A stretch of 64,000 bases of DNA from an uncultured delta proteobacterium (GTDB taxonomy: Bacteria; Desulfobacterota; Binatia; UBA9968). Under the pieces are notes generated by a model, which saw nothing but the letters and a program-made list of their open reading frames with translations, was not told the origin of the DNA and did not search any database. Positions 1 through 11,728 of this stretch are shown here, in pieces. The position numbers were made by a program, and so were the translations under genes. Numbering within the stretch: position 1 is the first letter of the stretch; every line of letters begins with the position of its first letter. The stretch spans positions 160,001 to 224,000 of the forward strand of contig CAWFJP010000018.1 of NCBI GenBank assembly GCA_963816145.1, written 5' to 3'.

Positions 1-39
1 TTTTCGCTCGATATAGCGCCAGCTGAAATTGTCATGGCA

Positions 40-947
40 TCAACTTGCCGCCAAGATCTTGCCCGCGCCCTGATGCCTAAGCTCCTCGGCCAACCGTTCG
101 CCGAGATTCTCGGCTTCGTTGGTACGGCCCGCGAGCTTGGCTTTGCAGAACATCGCGCCATCCGGGCTGGCAACGATGGCGACCATAGCCAAGACGCTTC
201 CCGCCGCGCGGGCGCGGGCACCGATCGGCACGTGGCATCCGCCGCTCAAGCTGCGCAACAGCGCGCGCTCTGCCGAGGTCTCTGCTTCGCTCATCGAATC
301 ATGCAGAAAACCCAACATCTGCTGCAGCACGCCGTCGTCGCGCGCTTCGACCGCCAGCGCGCCCTGCGCCACCGCGCTGACGCAAACTTCATCCGGCAGA
401 AATTCACTGATGCGTTCGGCGCGGCCGATCCGTTTCAAGCCCGCAGCCGCCATGATCAAACCGTCGGCCGCGCCGTCATCAAGTTTGCGCAGGCGGGTAT
501 CGACGTTGCCGCGGATCGGCGTCACGACCAAATCGCCGCGATGGTGCAGCAGTTGCGCTTGACGCCGCAGACTGCCGGTCGCCACGCGTGCGCCGGGCGC
601 GAGAGCCGCGAGCTTTATACCGTTCTTAGTGACCAGGACATCCCGCGCATCTTCCCGCGCCGGGATCGCGGCGATGGTCAACCCGTCGGGGAGTTCCGTC
701 GGCAAGTCCTTCATCGAGTGCACCGCCAGGTCGATGGTTTGGTTCAGCAGCGCGTCCTCGATCTCCTTGGTGAACACGCCCTTGCCGCCCACCGCCGCGA
801 TCGGCCGGTCAACGAAGCGGTCGCCACTGGTCTTGATGATCGACAATTCGACCTGAAGATCCGGATAGTGCGCCTCGATCTGCTGCTTGACCCAAGTGGA
901 TTGGGCGAGCGCCAACGCGCTGCCCCGGCTGCCAATGCGCACCCGGT

Positions 948-951
<4 letters not shown>
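40..951 (-). CDS. hemC: Hydroxymethylbilane synthase (porphobilinogen deaminase)
   Basis: RIGSRGSALALAQ, GKGVFTKEIE, AVHSMKDLP, IRGNVDTRLRKL and GGCHVPIG motifs; directly downstream of hemA. Confidence 0.97.
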
Positions 952-2231
<1,280 letters not shown>

Positions 2232-3089
2232 GGCTTATTCGAAACCGGCCTCCATGCCGGCTGGGGAAAACCGTATCGCCCCAGAGGAAATAACCAAGCA
2301 CGACGCAGAAACCGACCATGGTCAAGAGCGCCGCCTTCTTGCCGCGCAGCCCGGCGGTGATCCGGCCATGCAGAATCGCGCCGTAAAAGAGCCAGGCAAT
2401 ACCCGAAGAAATCTCGCGCGGTTCCCATGACCAATAATCACCCCAATGGATTCCCGCCCACAGGCTGCCGGTGAGAATGCCCAGAGTCATGAGCGGAAAG
2501 CCCCAGACCAAAAGCATCAGGTTGAGACGGTCGAGGGATTCCAACGGTGGCAAGCGCTTCAATAGCGCGGTCATTTTCTTATGCTTGAGATGTCGCTCTT
2601 GCAGCAGATAGATCAAACTGACGCCGAAGGCGAGAGCGAATACGGCGTTGCCGAGAAACGCCAAGGTGACATGCAGCGGCAACCAGAACGACTCCAGACC
2701 GGGAGGAATTTCCGCGCCCGATTTTCCGAAGGCCAACGCCGCCACGCACATGAGAAACGCTAACGGCGCGACAATGCCGCCCAACACCGTGAGCCGGTAT
2801 TTGAGCTGGATCAACAGATAAACCCCAACCATCAGCCAACTCTTGAATAACAGCGCTTCGCCCATCAGCGCCACCGCGGCAAAACCTTCGTTGGCATAGC
2901 GCACCAACAACGCCGCGGTATGAAAGACCAAACCGCTCGCCAGCGCCAGCGCCGGCAACTTGGACGCCGTGTCCTTGCGAAAGACGAAATAGAAATAGCT
3001 CACCGCGGTGAGCAGATAAATCACCGCGGTAATCTTAACGAAAGTGGCTTCCATAGGCAGGGGTCATTATAAGCTAACCCGGCGTGCCT

Positions 3090-3599
3090 TCAAGACAACT
3101 GATGACAGAGGAAAGCACCACCAGAGAACTGATCGATTGAGAACTTGAACGGGAAACCCGGCCTCAGCGGGCCGCAACTTTCAACGACTGGCGCGCCATC
3201 AAATCGTTGACCACTTCCAACTTCGTCCTTCGTGATATACCGTCCGGAGATTCTCAGCCCCTCGCTAAATTGCTCCTTGGCGCCCCGTTGGCTTCGGATT
3301 CGTGTCTCTTCCTCGGCCAGATCGTAGGACACGGCGATGCGCGCGCGCTCCTTACTGACCAAGGCGCGGCCCTGCTCGGAATCCGGCACACGCAATACGC
3401 TGTACGTCGTCCCCAGGTCCGCGGGATCGAACAGGATCACTTCGCCGAAACTACGGCGCGTGAACACTTGCTTCCAGAAGTCCACTGCGCCCTGCAACCC
3501 GGCGGGCACTGGGAACAGAGTTTCTCGGGCGCAAACCGCCACAGGCAAGCGACCGAGAGCCAGCAAAATGAAAAATAAAGAGAATAAGTATCGAGACAT
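3090..3599 (-). pseudogene. Truncated secreted lytic transglycosylase-like gene (N-terminal part only)
   Basis: Signal peptide plus FPVPAGLQGAVDFWKQVF...RIRSQRGAKEQF.EGL.ISGRY resembles the MltD-like N-terminus; the catalytic SLT domain is absent and the tail is unrelated sequence. Confidence 0.55.
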
Positions 3600-3673
3600 C
3601 GGCAGCGGTTGAAAATTGACCGATATTCGTAAACAGGCTAGAGTCAGTCAAAATTGTCTCGCCGAGAAATTAC

Positions 3674-5200
3674 TTGCCGCCTTACTTTTATCGATTCGCC
3701 ATCGTTTTCGTTGGTCTACTCATCACCACCGGCTGCCGTTCATCTCACCGCGACCTCCCGCCCAACTTTCTGGTCGTCGGCATCGAAGCCAATCCAGCGC
3801 AGCTCGACCCGCGCTACGCCACCGACGCCAACGCCGTGCGCATCGGCAATCTAATTTACAACTCGCTGCTACGCACCGATGAAAAGCTGCGCTTGCAACC
3901 CGAACTCGCCGAGCGCTGGCAGATAATCGACCGGCAGACGTTTCAATTCGATCTGCGAACAAACGTCAAATTCCACGACGGCCGGCCGCTGACGGCCGCG
4001 GACGTGAAATACACTTTCGAGTCGATTCTCGATCCGGTCAATCGCTCGCCCAAGCGTGCCCTGCTCAAGCAGTTGCAAACCGTCGAGATAACCGGCACCC
4101 ATCGGTTGCGCTTTCACTTGAATGCGCCCCACGCCCCCTTCGTCGAGCATTTCACGCTCGGCATTGTCCCCCAGGGCTCGCCGCCGGACACTCGCCCACC
4201 GCCCGGCTCCGGGCCGTTTGTGTTAGACAGATTCGAGTCCGGCGAAAAGGTTTTGCTCAGGGCCAACTCCGACTACTGGGAGCGCAAACCGGACCTCGCC
4301 GGCGTGATGTTTAAAATTGTCCCCGACGCCATGGTGCGGGCCCTAGAATTCAAGCAAGGCGCCATCGATTTCATGCAAAACGATCTCGAACCCGACATGT
4401 TGCCGTGGTTGAAAAGCCTCGCCAATGCCGAGGTCAGCGCAAATCAAGGCACGACGTTTCAATACCTCGGTATCAATCTCACCCACCCGATCTTAAAGCA
4501 GCTCAAAGTGCGCCAAGCGCTGGCCCATGCCATCGACCGCGAGCGCATCATTCATCATTTGCTCAAAGACGGGGCGATCGCCGCCAACGGCTTGATTTCG
4601 CCGCTTAATGAAACCTACGACGAAAACCTGCCGGCATGGCCCTACGATCCGGCGCGGGCCAAACAGTTGCTCGACGAAGCCGGCTTTCGCGATCCCGATG
4701 GTGACGGGCCAATGACGCGATTCCGGCTTTCTTACAAAACGACCAATATCGACCTGCGCCGGCGCATCGCCGAGGCGTTGAAGGAACAACTGCTGCAAGT
4801 CGGCATCGAGCTGGATATTCGCAGCTACGAATTTGGAACTTTTTTCAGCGATGTGAAAAAGGGCAACTTTCATCTCTACTCGCTTGCCTGGGTCGGCATC
4901 CGCGACCCGGATATTCAGCATCAAATATTTCATTCGTCCAGCGTGCCGCCCAACGGCGACAACCGCGGCCGCTACGCCAACTCACAAGTGGATCGCTTGC
5001 TCGATCAAGCCCGCGTTACCATGGAGCCAAGCCAACGCAAACAGCTCTACGGGGCGGCGCAGCGATTGATCGCCGAGGATCTCCCCTACGTGCCGCTGTG
5101 GTGGCAAAAAAATGTCGTCGCCAAGAAAACTAACATCCAAGGCTTTGTCCCCTATCCCGACGGCGATTTGATCTCTCTAAAGAAAGTGACCTTGCACTAA
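3674..5200 (+). CDS. Peptide/nickel ABC transporter substrate-binding lipoprotein (SBP family 5)
   Basis: Lipobox-like ITTGC; PELAERW, LRTNVKFHDGRPLTAADVKYTF, GSGPF and VRQALAHAIDR motifs. Confidence 0.93.
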   Translation: MPPYFYRFAIVFVGLLITTGCRSSHRDLPPNFLVVGIEANPAQLDPRYATDANAVRIGNLIYNSLLRTDEKLRLQPELAERWQIIDRQTFQFDLRTNVKFHDGRPLTAADVKYTFESILDPVNRSPKRALLKQLQTVEITGTHRLRFHLNAPHAPFVEHFTLGIVPQGSPPDTRPPPGSGPFVLDRFESGEKVLLRANSDYWERKPDLAGVMFKIVPDAMVRALEFKQGAIDFMQNDLEPDMLPWLKSLANAEVSANQGTTFQYLGINLTHPILKQLKVRQALAHAIDRERIIHHLLKDGAIAANGLISPLNETYDENLPAWPYDPARAKQLLDEAGFRDPDGDGPMTRFRLSYKTTNIDLRRRIAEALKEQLLQVGIELDIRSYEFGTFFSDVKKGNFHLYSLAWVGIRDPDIQHQIFHSSSVPPNGDNRGRYANSQVDRLLDQARVTMEPSQRKQLYGAAQRLIAEDLPYVPLWWQKNVVAKKTNIQGFVPYPDGDLISLKKVTLH

Positions 5201-5216
5201 TTCGACATTCAAACTT

Positions 5217-5239
5217 GTAGGGGCGACCGGCGGTCGCCC
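5217..5239. repeat. GTAG-type REP-like palindrome
   Basis: GTAG followed by the perfect stem GGGCGACC-GGC-GGTCGCCC; intergenic. Confidence 0.7.
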
Positions 5240-5263
5240 GTTTGCCTCGGTGCATTCAAATCG

Positions 5264-6187
5264 ATGAAACGCTACCTCATTCAGCGCCTGCTGCTGCTGC
5301 TCCCGACCCTCTTCGGCGCGCTGTCTTTGGTATTCCTACTGGTTCATTTGATTCCCGGCGATCCCGTCGAAGTGATGCTCGGCGAGACCGCCAGCGGCGC
5401 CGATAAACAGGAACTGCGCCGGGCTCTAGGTTTGGATCAACCGTTGGCGCTGCAATACCGATCCTTTCTCACCAAACTCGCCGTCGGCGACCTGGGCGAT
5501 TCGCTCTTCGAACAATCGAGCGTCAGTTCAATCATCGGCCAGCGGCTGCCGGCCACGCTCCAATTAGCAATGTGCGCGATGGTCGCGGCGCTGGTTATTT
5601 CATTCCCACTGGCGTTTCTGGCCGCACGCCGGCCAGGGAGCTTATCGGATCGTTTCGCGTTGCTGTTTTCACTGTTAGGTCTATCGTTGCCAAATTTTTG
5701 GCTTGGACCGCTCCTAATGATTCTATTTTCCATCCAGCTCGGTTGGATGCCGGTTTCCGGGCGCGGCGGCTTACTTCACGTCATCTTGCCGGCGCTCACT
5801 TTGGGCTTGGGCATGGCGGCGATCCTGACGCGCATCTTGCGCGCCAGTCTAATCCAGGTCGCTCGCGCTGAGTTTGTCCAAACTGCTCGCGCCAAAGGGC
5901 TGAGCGAAAAGCAGGTGTGGCTCAAGCATATGCTGCGCAACGCGCTGTTATCGGTGGTGACGATCATGAGCTTGCAATTCGGCGCCCTGCTCGCCGGCTC
6001 GTTGATAACTGAAACCGTTTTCAGCTGGCCCGGCATCGGCAGATTGACCGTCCAGGCGATCCAAACCCGCGACTATCCGTTGGTGCAAGGCTGCGTATTG
6101 GTCATCGCGGTCGCTTATGTGCTGGTAAATTTTTTCACCGACATCGCCTACAAACTAATCGACCCGCGGGTGAGCTATGGCGAGTAA
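5264..6187 (+). CDS. Peptide/nickel ABC transporter permease (DppB-like)
   Basis: PGDPV..MLG; EAA-loop TARAKGLSE; TETVFSWPGIG; TRDYPLVQG. Confidence 0.94.
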   Translation: MKRYLIQRLLLLLPTLFGALSLVFLLVHLIPGDPVEVMLGETASGADKQELRRALGLDQPLALQYRSFLTKLAVGDLGDSLFEQSSVSSIIGQRLPATLQLAMCAMVAALVISFPLAFLAARRPGSLSDRFALLFSLLGLSLPNFWLGPLLMILFSIQLGWMPVSGRGGLLHVILPALTLGLGMAAILTRILRASLIQVARAEFVQTARAKGLSEKQVWLKHMLRNALLSVVTIMSLQFGALLAGSLITETVFSWPGIGRLTVQAIQTRDYPLVQGCVLVIAVAYVLVNFFTDIAYKLIDPRVSYGE

Positions 6188-6977
6188 GGCATGGCTCTGC
6201 GCCGGCGCGTCAATTTTGCTTTTGCTGCTGGCCGCAGCGGTGGGCGCGCCGATCATCGCGCCGCACAATCCCTCACGGCAAGATTTGGCCAACGATCTGA
6301 TCGCCTATAGCGCCGATCATCTGCTCGGCACCGATAAACTCGGCCGCGACATCTTGAGCCGGACGCTTTATGGCGCGCGCATCTCACTTTCGGTCGGCTT
6401 TGCCACCGTCGCATTGTCACTCGCCATCGGCCTGATCGCCGGATCACTGGCCGGCTACTTCGGCGGCTGGATCGATCTCCTGCTGATGCGCCTGGTCGAC
6501 ATCCTATTGGCGTTTCCTGGCATTCTCTTGGCCATCGCCTTCACCGCCGTGCTCGGCCCAGGTCTCGATCATGTCATTCTTGCGCTTTGTCTGATCGGCT
6601 GGACCGGCTACGCCCGTCTGGTGCGCGGTGAAATCATCGCGTTGCGCGAACGAGAATTTATCCACGCCGCCCGCGCTCTCGGCGGCGCGCCAAGCCGCGT
6701 GATCCTGCGCCACCTCTTGCCGAATCTTTTGGCGCCGCTCTTGATCCAAGCGACCTTCGGCCTCGCCGCTGCGATCATCGCCGAAGGCAGCTTGAGTTTC
6801 CTCGGCCTGGGCGTCGAACCGCCAACGCCGTCCTGGGGATCGATGTTAAACGACGGCCGTCAGTTCCTGCTTGTCGCGCCGCATCTCACCACCTATCCAG
6901 GGCTGGCGATCATGGTCACAGTTTTTGCCCTCAATCTGGTGGGCGACGGGCTGCAGGAACGCCTCGGAAGGCAATAG
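6177..6977 (+). CDS. Peptide/nickel ABC transporter permease (DppC-like)
   Basis: HLLGTDKLGRDILSR, AARALGG, RHLLPN and LSFLGLG.EPPTPSWG motifs. Confidence 0.94.
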   Translation: MASKAWLCAGASILLLLLAAAVGAPIIAPHNPSRQDLANDLIAYSADHLLGTDKLGRDILSRTLYGARISLSVGFATVALSLAIGLIAGSLAGYFGGWIDLLLMRLVDILLAFPGILLAIAFTAVLGPGLDHVILALCLIGWTGYARLVRGEIIALREREFIHAARALGGAPSRVILRHLLPNLLAPLLIQATFGLAAAIIAEGSLSFLGLGVEPPTPSWGSMLNDGRQFLLVAPHLTTYPGLAIMVTVFALNLVGDGLQERLGRQ

Positions 6978-7097
6978 CTCAAACCGTTCAAATCGCTCAA
7001 TCGCTGCGCTCCGTTCAAACCGTTTTCGGACCGGAAGTTTTTTTCAATTTCTGACAATTTGAACGGCTTGAACGTTTTGAACGAATTGAACGAGCTC
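6977..7097. repeat. Imperfect inverted repeat made of tandem 9-mers
   Basis: Left arm has CGTTCAA/CGCTCAA units; right arm has four tandem TTGAACGnn units at 7059-7094. Confidence 0.75.
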
Positions 7098-7157
7098 AAC
7101 TAGATTGCCTAACCCGGCTCACGATGGTAATTAGCAAGGAATCAGGAGGTCACGTCC

Positions 7158-7718
7158 ATGAAACTTTACACCAGCTACACTTGACCCTACGCCCACAGGA
7201 CAAGGATTGTCCTGTCCGAAAAGAAAATCCCCTATGAAACGATCGAAGTCGATCTCAAGCATAAGCCCGAGGATCTCGTCAAGCAGAACCCCTACGGTAA
7301 AGTGCCGGTTTTGGTCGACGGCGACGGCGTCATCTACGAGTCGGCCGTGATCAACGAGTATCTCGACGAAAAGTTCACCAATGTGCCGCTCATGCCGCGC
7401 AGTCAACTCGACCGCGCCAAGGTGCGAATCTGGGTCGACTTCTTCAACACCCGAGTCCATCCGACCGGCAGCGATCTGCAGAAAGATCGCGATCCGGAAA
7501 AAGCCCGCGCGCGCATGGCCCAGCACCTGCGCACGATTGACGACGCCTTGGCCGGCAGAGACTATTTAGTCGGGGATCAAATTTCGCTAGCGGATGTAAC
7601 GTTCATCCCCTTTTACACTAGGCGAGAACGCTACAAAGTAACGTTTGACGACTATCCCAACATCGAGCGTTGGGCGGAGAATCTCATCGCGCGCCCGCAG
7701 GTCGCGCCGACTCTATAA
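7158..7718 (+). CDS. Glutathione S-transferase family selenoprotein (in-frame UGA at codon 9; 186 aa)
   Basis: AGGAGG RBS at 7144-7149 and ATG at 7158. Reads MKLYTSYT-UGA-PYAHRTRIVLSEKKIPYE...NPYGKVPVL..ESAVINEYLDE in one frame with the 7302-7718 ORF; the UGA sits at the Cys of the CPY/F motif; SECIS-like hairpin follows. Confidence 0.85.
7182..7215 (+). promoter_or_regulatory. Putative bacterial SECIS element
   Basis: UGA at 7182-7184, 10-nt spacer, then the perfect stem ACAGGACAA (7195-7203)/TTGTCCTGT (7207-7215) with a G-containing apical loop (GGA). Confidence 0.75.
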
Positions 7719-7725
7719 CAGAAGC

Positions 7726-7800
7726 GAGATAGAGATATGAGATAGAGACCGCCCAAGGCCTCCCCCTCTGTCTCTGTCACAACTCTCTATCTCTACTCTC
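7726..7800. repeat. Low-complexity inverted repeat (GAGATA units vs TATCTC/TGTCTC units)
   Basis: Purine-rich left arm complementary to a pyrimidine-rich right arm, between the GST and OCD genes. Confidence 0.6.
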
Positions 7801-7810
7801 AGGAGTTCCC

Positions 7811-8866
7811 ATGCACCCCATCCTCGTCAGTCCCCAAGAGATTCGCGGCATCGTCACCATGAACGAAGCGGTCGAAGCGGTCCGCCTCGGCTTTCGCGAG
7901 TGGGGCGAAAATCCACAGTTAAACGCGCCGCGCCGGCGCATTCACATCCCCACCGGTGTGCGCGTAAGCGTGCACCAGGGCGGCGTGCCGGCAGCCAAAG
8001 CCACCGGGCTCATGACCCACTGCGAATGGGTCAAACCGATGGCCAACGAGCAAGTCTATCCGCGCCTCAATCATCCGGTGATCGTTCTGTATGACTCTGC
8101 CGAGGGCGAGCTCAAAGGCATCATCGTCGGCGAGATCACCTGCTCGGAGTTGCCGGATAACATCGCCGTCACCGGCCTGCGCACCGCCGCCACCAGCGCC
8201 GTCGGCACCGACGTGCTGGCGCGCCCGGATGCGTCGAGTCTGGGCATCTTCGGCGCCGCCGGCCAGGCAAAAAATCATCTGCTCGCGCTCATGCAGGTGC
8301 GCAAACTGAAAACCGTCAAGGTCTACAGCCGCAATCCCGAAAACCGCAAACAGTTCTGCGACGAAATGGGACCAATCACCAATTTGAATATCATGCCTGT
8401 CGCGACTCCGGCCGAGGCGGTCCGCGGTGTCGATATCGTATTGACAGCCACCAACTCCAGCGTGCCGGTGTTCGACGGCAATCTGTTGGAACCGGGGCAG
8501 CATGTCACCACCATCGTCGGCAGCAACGTCGGCCTGGTCAAAGGCGGCTTCACCGCCGCCAAACGGCGCGAGATCGACGACGCAACACTATCGCGCAGTA
8601 ACGTCCACGGCATCGTCTCGATCCAGCAAGCGGTACAGGACGAGCAAGCGGATATCTACGATCCGGTCAACCGCGGCGTGATCAAATGGGAGCAGCTAAT
8701 TGAAATCGGTTCCATCCTCGCCGGCAACAGCGAAGGCCGCACCCGCATCGACCAGATCACCTTCTACAAAAACAACGCCGGCCAAGGCGTCGCCGATGTC
8801 GCGCTGGGAGCGAAGGTGCTGGAGAATATTAAAGCCAACCAAGCAGGACTGACGCTGAACTATTGA
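7811..8866 (+). CDS. Ornithine cyclodeaminase/mu-crystallin family protein
   Basis: TGLRTAATSAVG, GIFGAAGQA, DIVLTATNS and GQGVADVALG motifs. Confidence 0.9.
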   Translation: MHPILVSPQEIRGIVTMNEAVEAVRLGFREWGENPQLNAPRRRIHIPTGVRVSVHQGGVPAAKATGLMTHCEWVKPMANEQVYPRLNHPVIVLYDSAEGELKGIIVGEITCSELPDNIAVTGLRTAATSAVGTDVLARPDASSLGIFGAAGQAKNHLLALMQVRKLKTVKVYSRNPENRKQFCDEMGPITNLNIMPVATPAEAVRGVDIVLTATNSSVPVFDGNLLEPGQHVTTIVGSNVGLVKGGFTAAKRREIDDATLSRSNVHGIVSIQQAVQDEQADIYDPVNRGVIKWEQLIEIGSILAGNSEGRTRIDQITFYKNNAGQGVADVALGAKVLENIKANQAGLTLNY

Positions 8867-8867
8867 G

Positions 8868-10299
8868 TTAAGTGCTTCTTTTATCCACGCCGCGCAGCGC
8901 TGAGGTGACGATGGCGATCGCTGCCAAGCAGGCGATGATCGTCCACGAGCCCTGAAACGCTTTGATGTAGATCTCGGCATTAGCACCCCACTGCGTGTAA
9001 GGCGGCACGCTGCCGCTCGCGAGGCCGTAATAGTTCAGCCAGCGCATGAACAGCACGCTGCCGACCGCCACGCCCATGGCGTTGGCGATGTTCGCGGAGG
9101 TCAGCGATAGACCGCTCACCGCGCCGACGTAGCGCGGTTCGACGGCGTTGAACATGCCGCTCAAGTTGGGCGACTGGAACAGCGACCAGCCCAAGCCCAA
9201 CAGCATCAGCGGGATCACCACACCTATCTGGCCAGCGGGCCCATCCAGCCGCGAGAAGCCCAACATGCTCAACATGGTGAGCGCCGACCCGACGGTGCAA
9301 AGCATGCGTGAGCCGAGGCGGTCGGCGAGCCAGCCACCGATCGGCGCGAGGACCACAATCACCAGAGAAAAACAGATCACCGTAAAACCGACCTGCGTCG
9401 GTGTATAGCCGGCAATCCCTTGGAGATAAAACGGCAATAAGAAAAACGTCGAGGTGTGCGACAGCGACACGAAGAAATGGCTCAGCAGCCCGGCCGTGAG
9501 CAAGCGGACTTTGAAGAGCGACAGATCGAGCAGCGGCGACTGGTCGCGCCGTTCAAAATATAGCAGCAACAACAGCGACGTCACCGCCACCGCGCCGGCC
9601 AGCAAAGCCGGCCAGCCGAAGCCGCCCTTGGCCACCTGCTGCAGGCCGACGACCAACGCCACTACGGTCGTGAGCAACGTCACCATGCCGACGGGATCGA
9701 TGGAGTAATCGCGCTTCTCGGTAACAGTCTCGGGGAGAATCTTCCAAGCCATGGTCGCCGCCGCCAGCGCCACCGGCAAGGTTCATGAAGAAGATCCAGC
9801 GCCAACCGATGGTATCGACCAAGAATCCGCCCACCGACGGGCCGGTGATATAGCCAAGATGAAACGACATCGACATCATGCCCAGGGCGCGGCCACGCCC
9901 TTCTTTGGCGTAGAGCCCCGAGGCGATGGCCCGGCCGTTGGCCAACACCAGCGCACCGCCGATGCCTTCGATGGCGCGAAAGCAAACGATCAACCATAGA
10001 TACGGACTCAGACCGCAGGCCGCCGAGCCGATGCCGAGCATGATGAAGCCGAGGGTATAAAGCCCCTTGCGGCCGAGCTTGTCGCCCAATCGCGCCATGC
10101 TCAAGACCAGACCGACGATGGTCAATTGATAAGCCAGCGGAATCCACTGCACCGCCGCCATCGTAGTATCGAAATGCAAAGAAATGGTCGGCAGAGCGAC
10201 GTTCACCGAGCGCGAATCGAGCGCGCTCAAGAACTGCCCGAGGCAAACATTGGCGAGGGCGAGCCTCTGGAGATTGGGAGTTATGGGTGCTTGAGCCAT
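8868..10299 (-). CDS. MFS transporter, DHA2 (14-TMS) family; frameshift near 9781, probably a sequencing indel
   Basis: ORFs 9553-10299 and 8868-9779 join as GWRWIFFMN-LPV; DSRSVNVALP and RLGDKLGRK motif A. Confidence 0.85.
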
Positions 10300-10482
10300 C
10301 GCGGATTGATTATCTGCTAAAGTACTGTCTTACCTGCTAGTCGTTACCGGAATTACTCACCGCGAAGGCACGAAGAGCACGAAGCTCGGAATATCACATT
10401 TTCGAACGCTTCGTGTCCTTTGCGCCACCTTAGAAAATACCTGTGTCGGTACGATCTGGGCGAAGAATTGGCACGAGGCTTC

Positions 10483-10550
10483 CGTCATACCGGCGAAAGC
10501 CGGTATCCATCCCCTGCCGCCCCTGGATGCCGGCCTCCGCCGGCATGACG
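10483..10550. repeat. GTCAT-CCGGC palindromic REP-like element, copy 1
   Basis: CGTCATACCGGCGAAAGCCGGTATCCA...TGGATGCCGGCCTCCGCCGGCATGACG. Confidence 0.85.
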
Positions 10551-10726
10551 AATCAAGGAAAAAACCATGGGTTGGTGGGGGGCGGCAATTTCATACTCTG
10601 TAGACGAGCGTCAGTTCATGGACACTTCGTGGTAAGAAACACTTTCCCATCTCGTCTACCGATTGACGCAGCTAATCTACTTGGATAGCTTGACTCGCAA
10701 AGATAATCCAGGCTGAAAGATAACTC

Positions 10727-11536
10727 ATGAGCAAGATCGCCATCGCCCAAGTGCAGTCCAGCACGGATAAGGCCAACAATCTCAAGAAAGCATTGCGGCT
10801 GGTCGACCAAGCCAAAAGCCAAGGCGCTGAACTGGTCGCTTTTCCGGAGTTCCTCATGGCGTTTTCGCCGGCAAGCCAGAGCGCCGCAGAGTTGACCGCG
10901 GTGGCCGAGCCCGTCGACGGGCCGTTTATCGCCGCACTTCGTGAATCTGCCAGAGTAGCCAACCTTGGCGTCTTGGCGGCGATTTATGAAACCAGTCCGA
11001 TAACCCATCGCGTCTACGACACTGCCGTATGGCTCGACGCGGCGGGAAACATTGCGTCGGTCTATCGCAAGCTCCACCTCTATGACGCCTTCGGCTTCAA
11101 AGAATCTGACAAATTTCATCCCGGCGCCGACATCGCGCCATTGGTCAACATCGGCGCCGCGCACTGCGGCATGATGATCTGTTACGACCTGCGCTTTCCC
11201 GAGCTGGCGCGGCTGCTCGCGCTTGAAGGCGCCAATATCTTATTTGCGCCGTCAGGCTGGGTCCAAGGCGATCTCAAGGTCGACCACTGGCAAACCATGA
11301 TCAAGGCCCGCGCCCTGGAAAACGGCTGCTTCGTCGTCGCGCCCAATCAAGTCGGTAATATCTACACCGGTCATAGCATGGCAGTGGACCCGCTCGGGCG
11401 CACGCTGGTCGATCTGCAAGAGAAAGAAGGTCTGGCGGTAGTCGATATCGATTTAAGCATAGTCAAAGAAGTGCGCGAGAAACTGCCGTTGCTGCAAAAT
11501 CGCCGCACCGATGTCTACGCTAAGCATCTCCGATAG
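10727..11536 (+). CDS. Carbon-nitrogen hydrolase (Nit1/deaminated glutathione amidase-like)
   Basis: E-K-C triad motifs FPEF, YRKLHLYD and ICYDLRFPE; KARALEN. Confidence 0.92.
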   Translation: MSKIAIAQVQSSTDKANNLKKALRLVDQAKSQGAELVAFPEFLMAFSPASQSAAELTAVAEPVDGPFIAALRESARVANLGVLAAIYETSPITHRVYDTAVWLDAAGNIASVYRKLHLYDAFGFKESDKFHPGADIAPLVNIGAAHCGMMICYDLRFPELARLLALEGANILFAPSGWVQGDLKVDHWQTMIKARALENGCFVVAPNQVGNIYTGHSMAVDPLGRTLVDLQEKEGLAVVDIDLSIVKEVREKLPLLQNRRTDVYAKHLR

Positions 11537-11603
11537 TGATTCTCCTTGGTAAGGTTGAAATCTCTCGGCTCTCCGTTATGACTATTACAACACGGAAGAA
11601 ACT

Positions 11604-11689
11604 CGTCATGCCGGCGAAAGCCGGCATCCATCATCATTCGTTTCAAGTCGCAAACTCGAAGATGGATTCCGGCATGCGCCGGAATGACG
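11604..11689. repeat. GTCAT-CCGGC palindromic REP-like element, copy 2
   Basis: CGTCATGCCGGCGAAAGCCGGCATCCA...TGGATTCCGGCATGCGCCGGAATGACG. Confidence 0.85.
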
Positions 11690-11728
11690 GATCAGAATAG
11701 GAGAATCAAGGAATCAGCTTCACCGATT

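Noticed and set aside
1-35. Start of a downstream minus-strand gene (MTISAGAISSE...), perhaps cobA/hemD
   Set aside because: Only 11 codons are visible; the identity would rest on gene order alone.
6977-7097. Tandem repeats as a CRISPR array
   Set aside because: Units are 9 nt with no unique spacers, and no cas genes are present.
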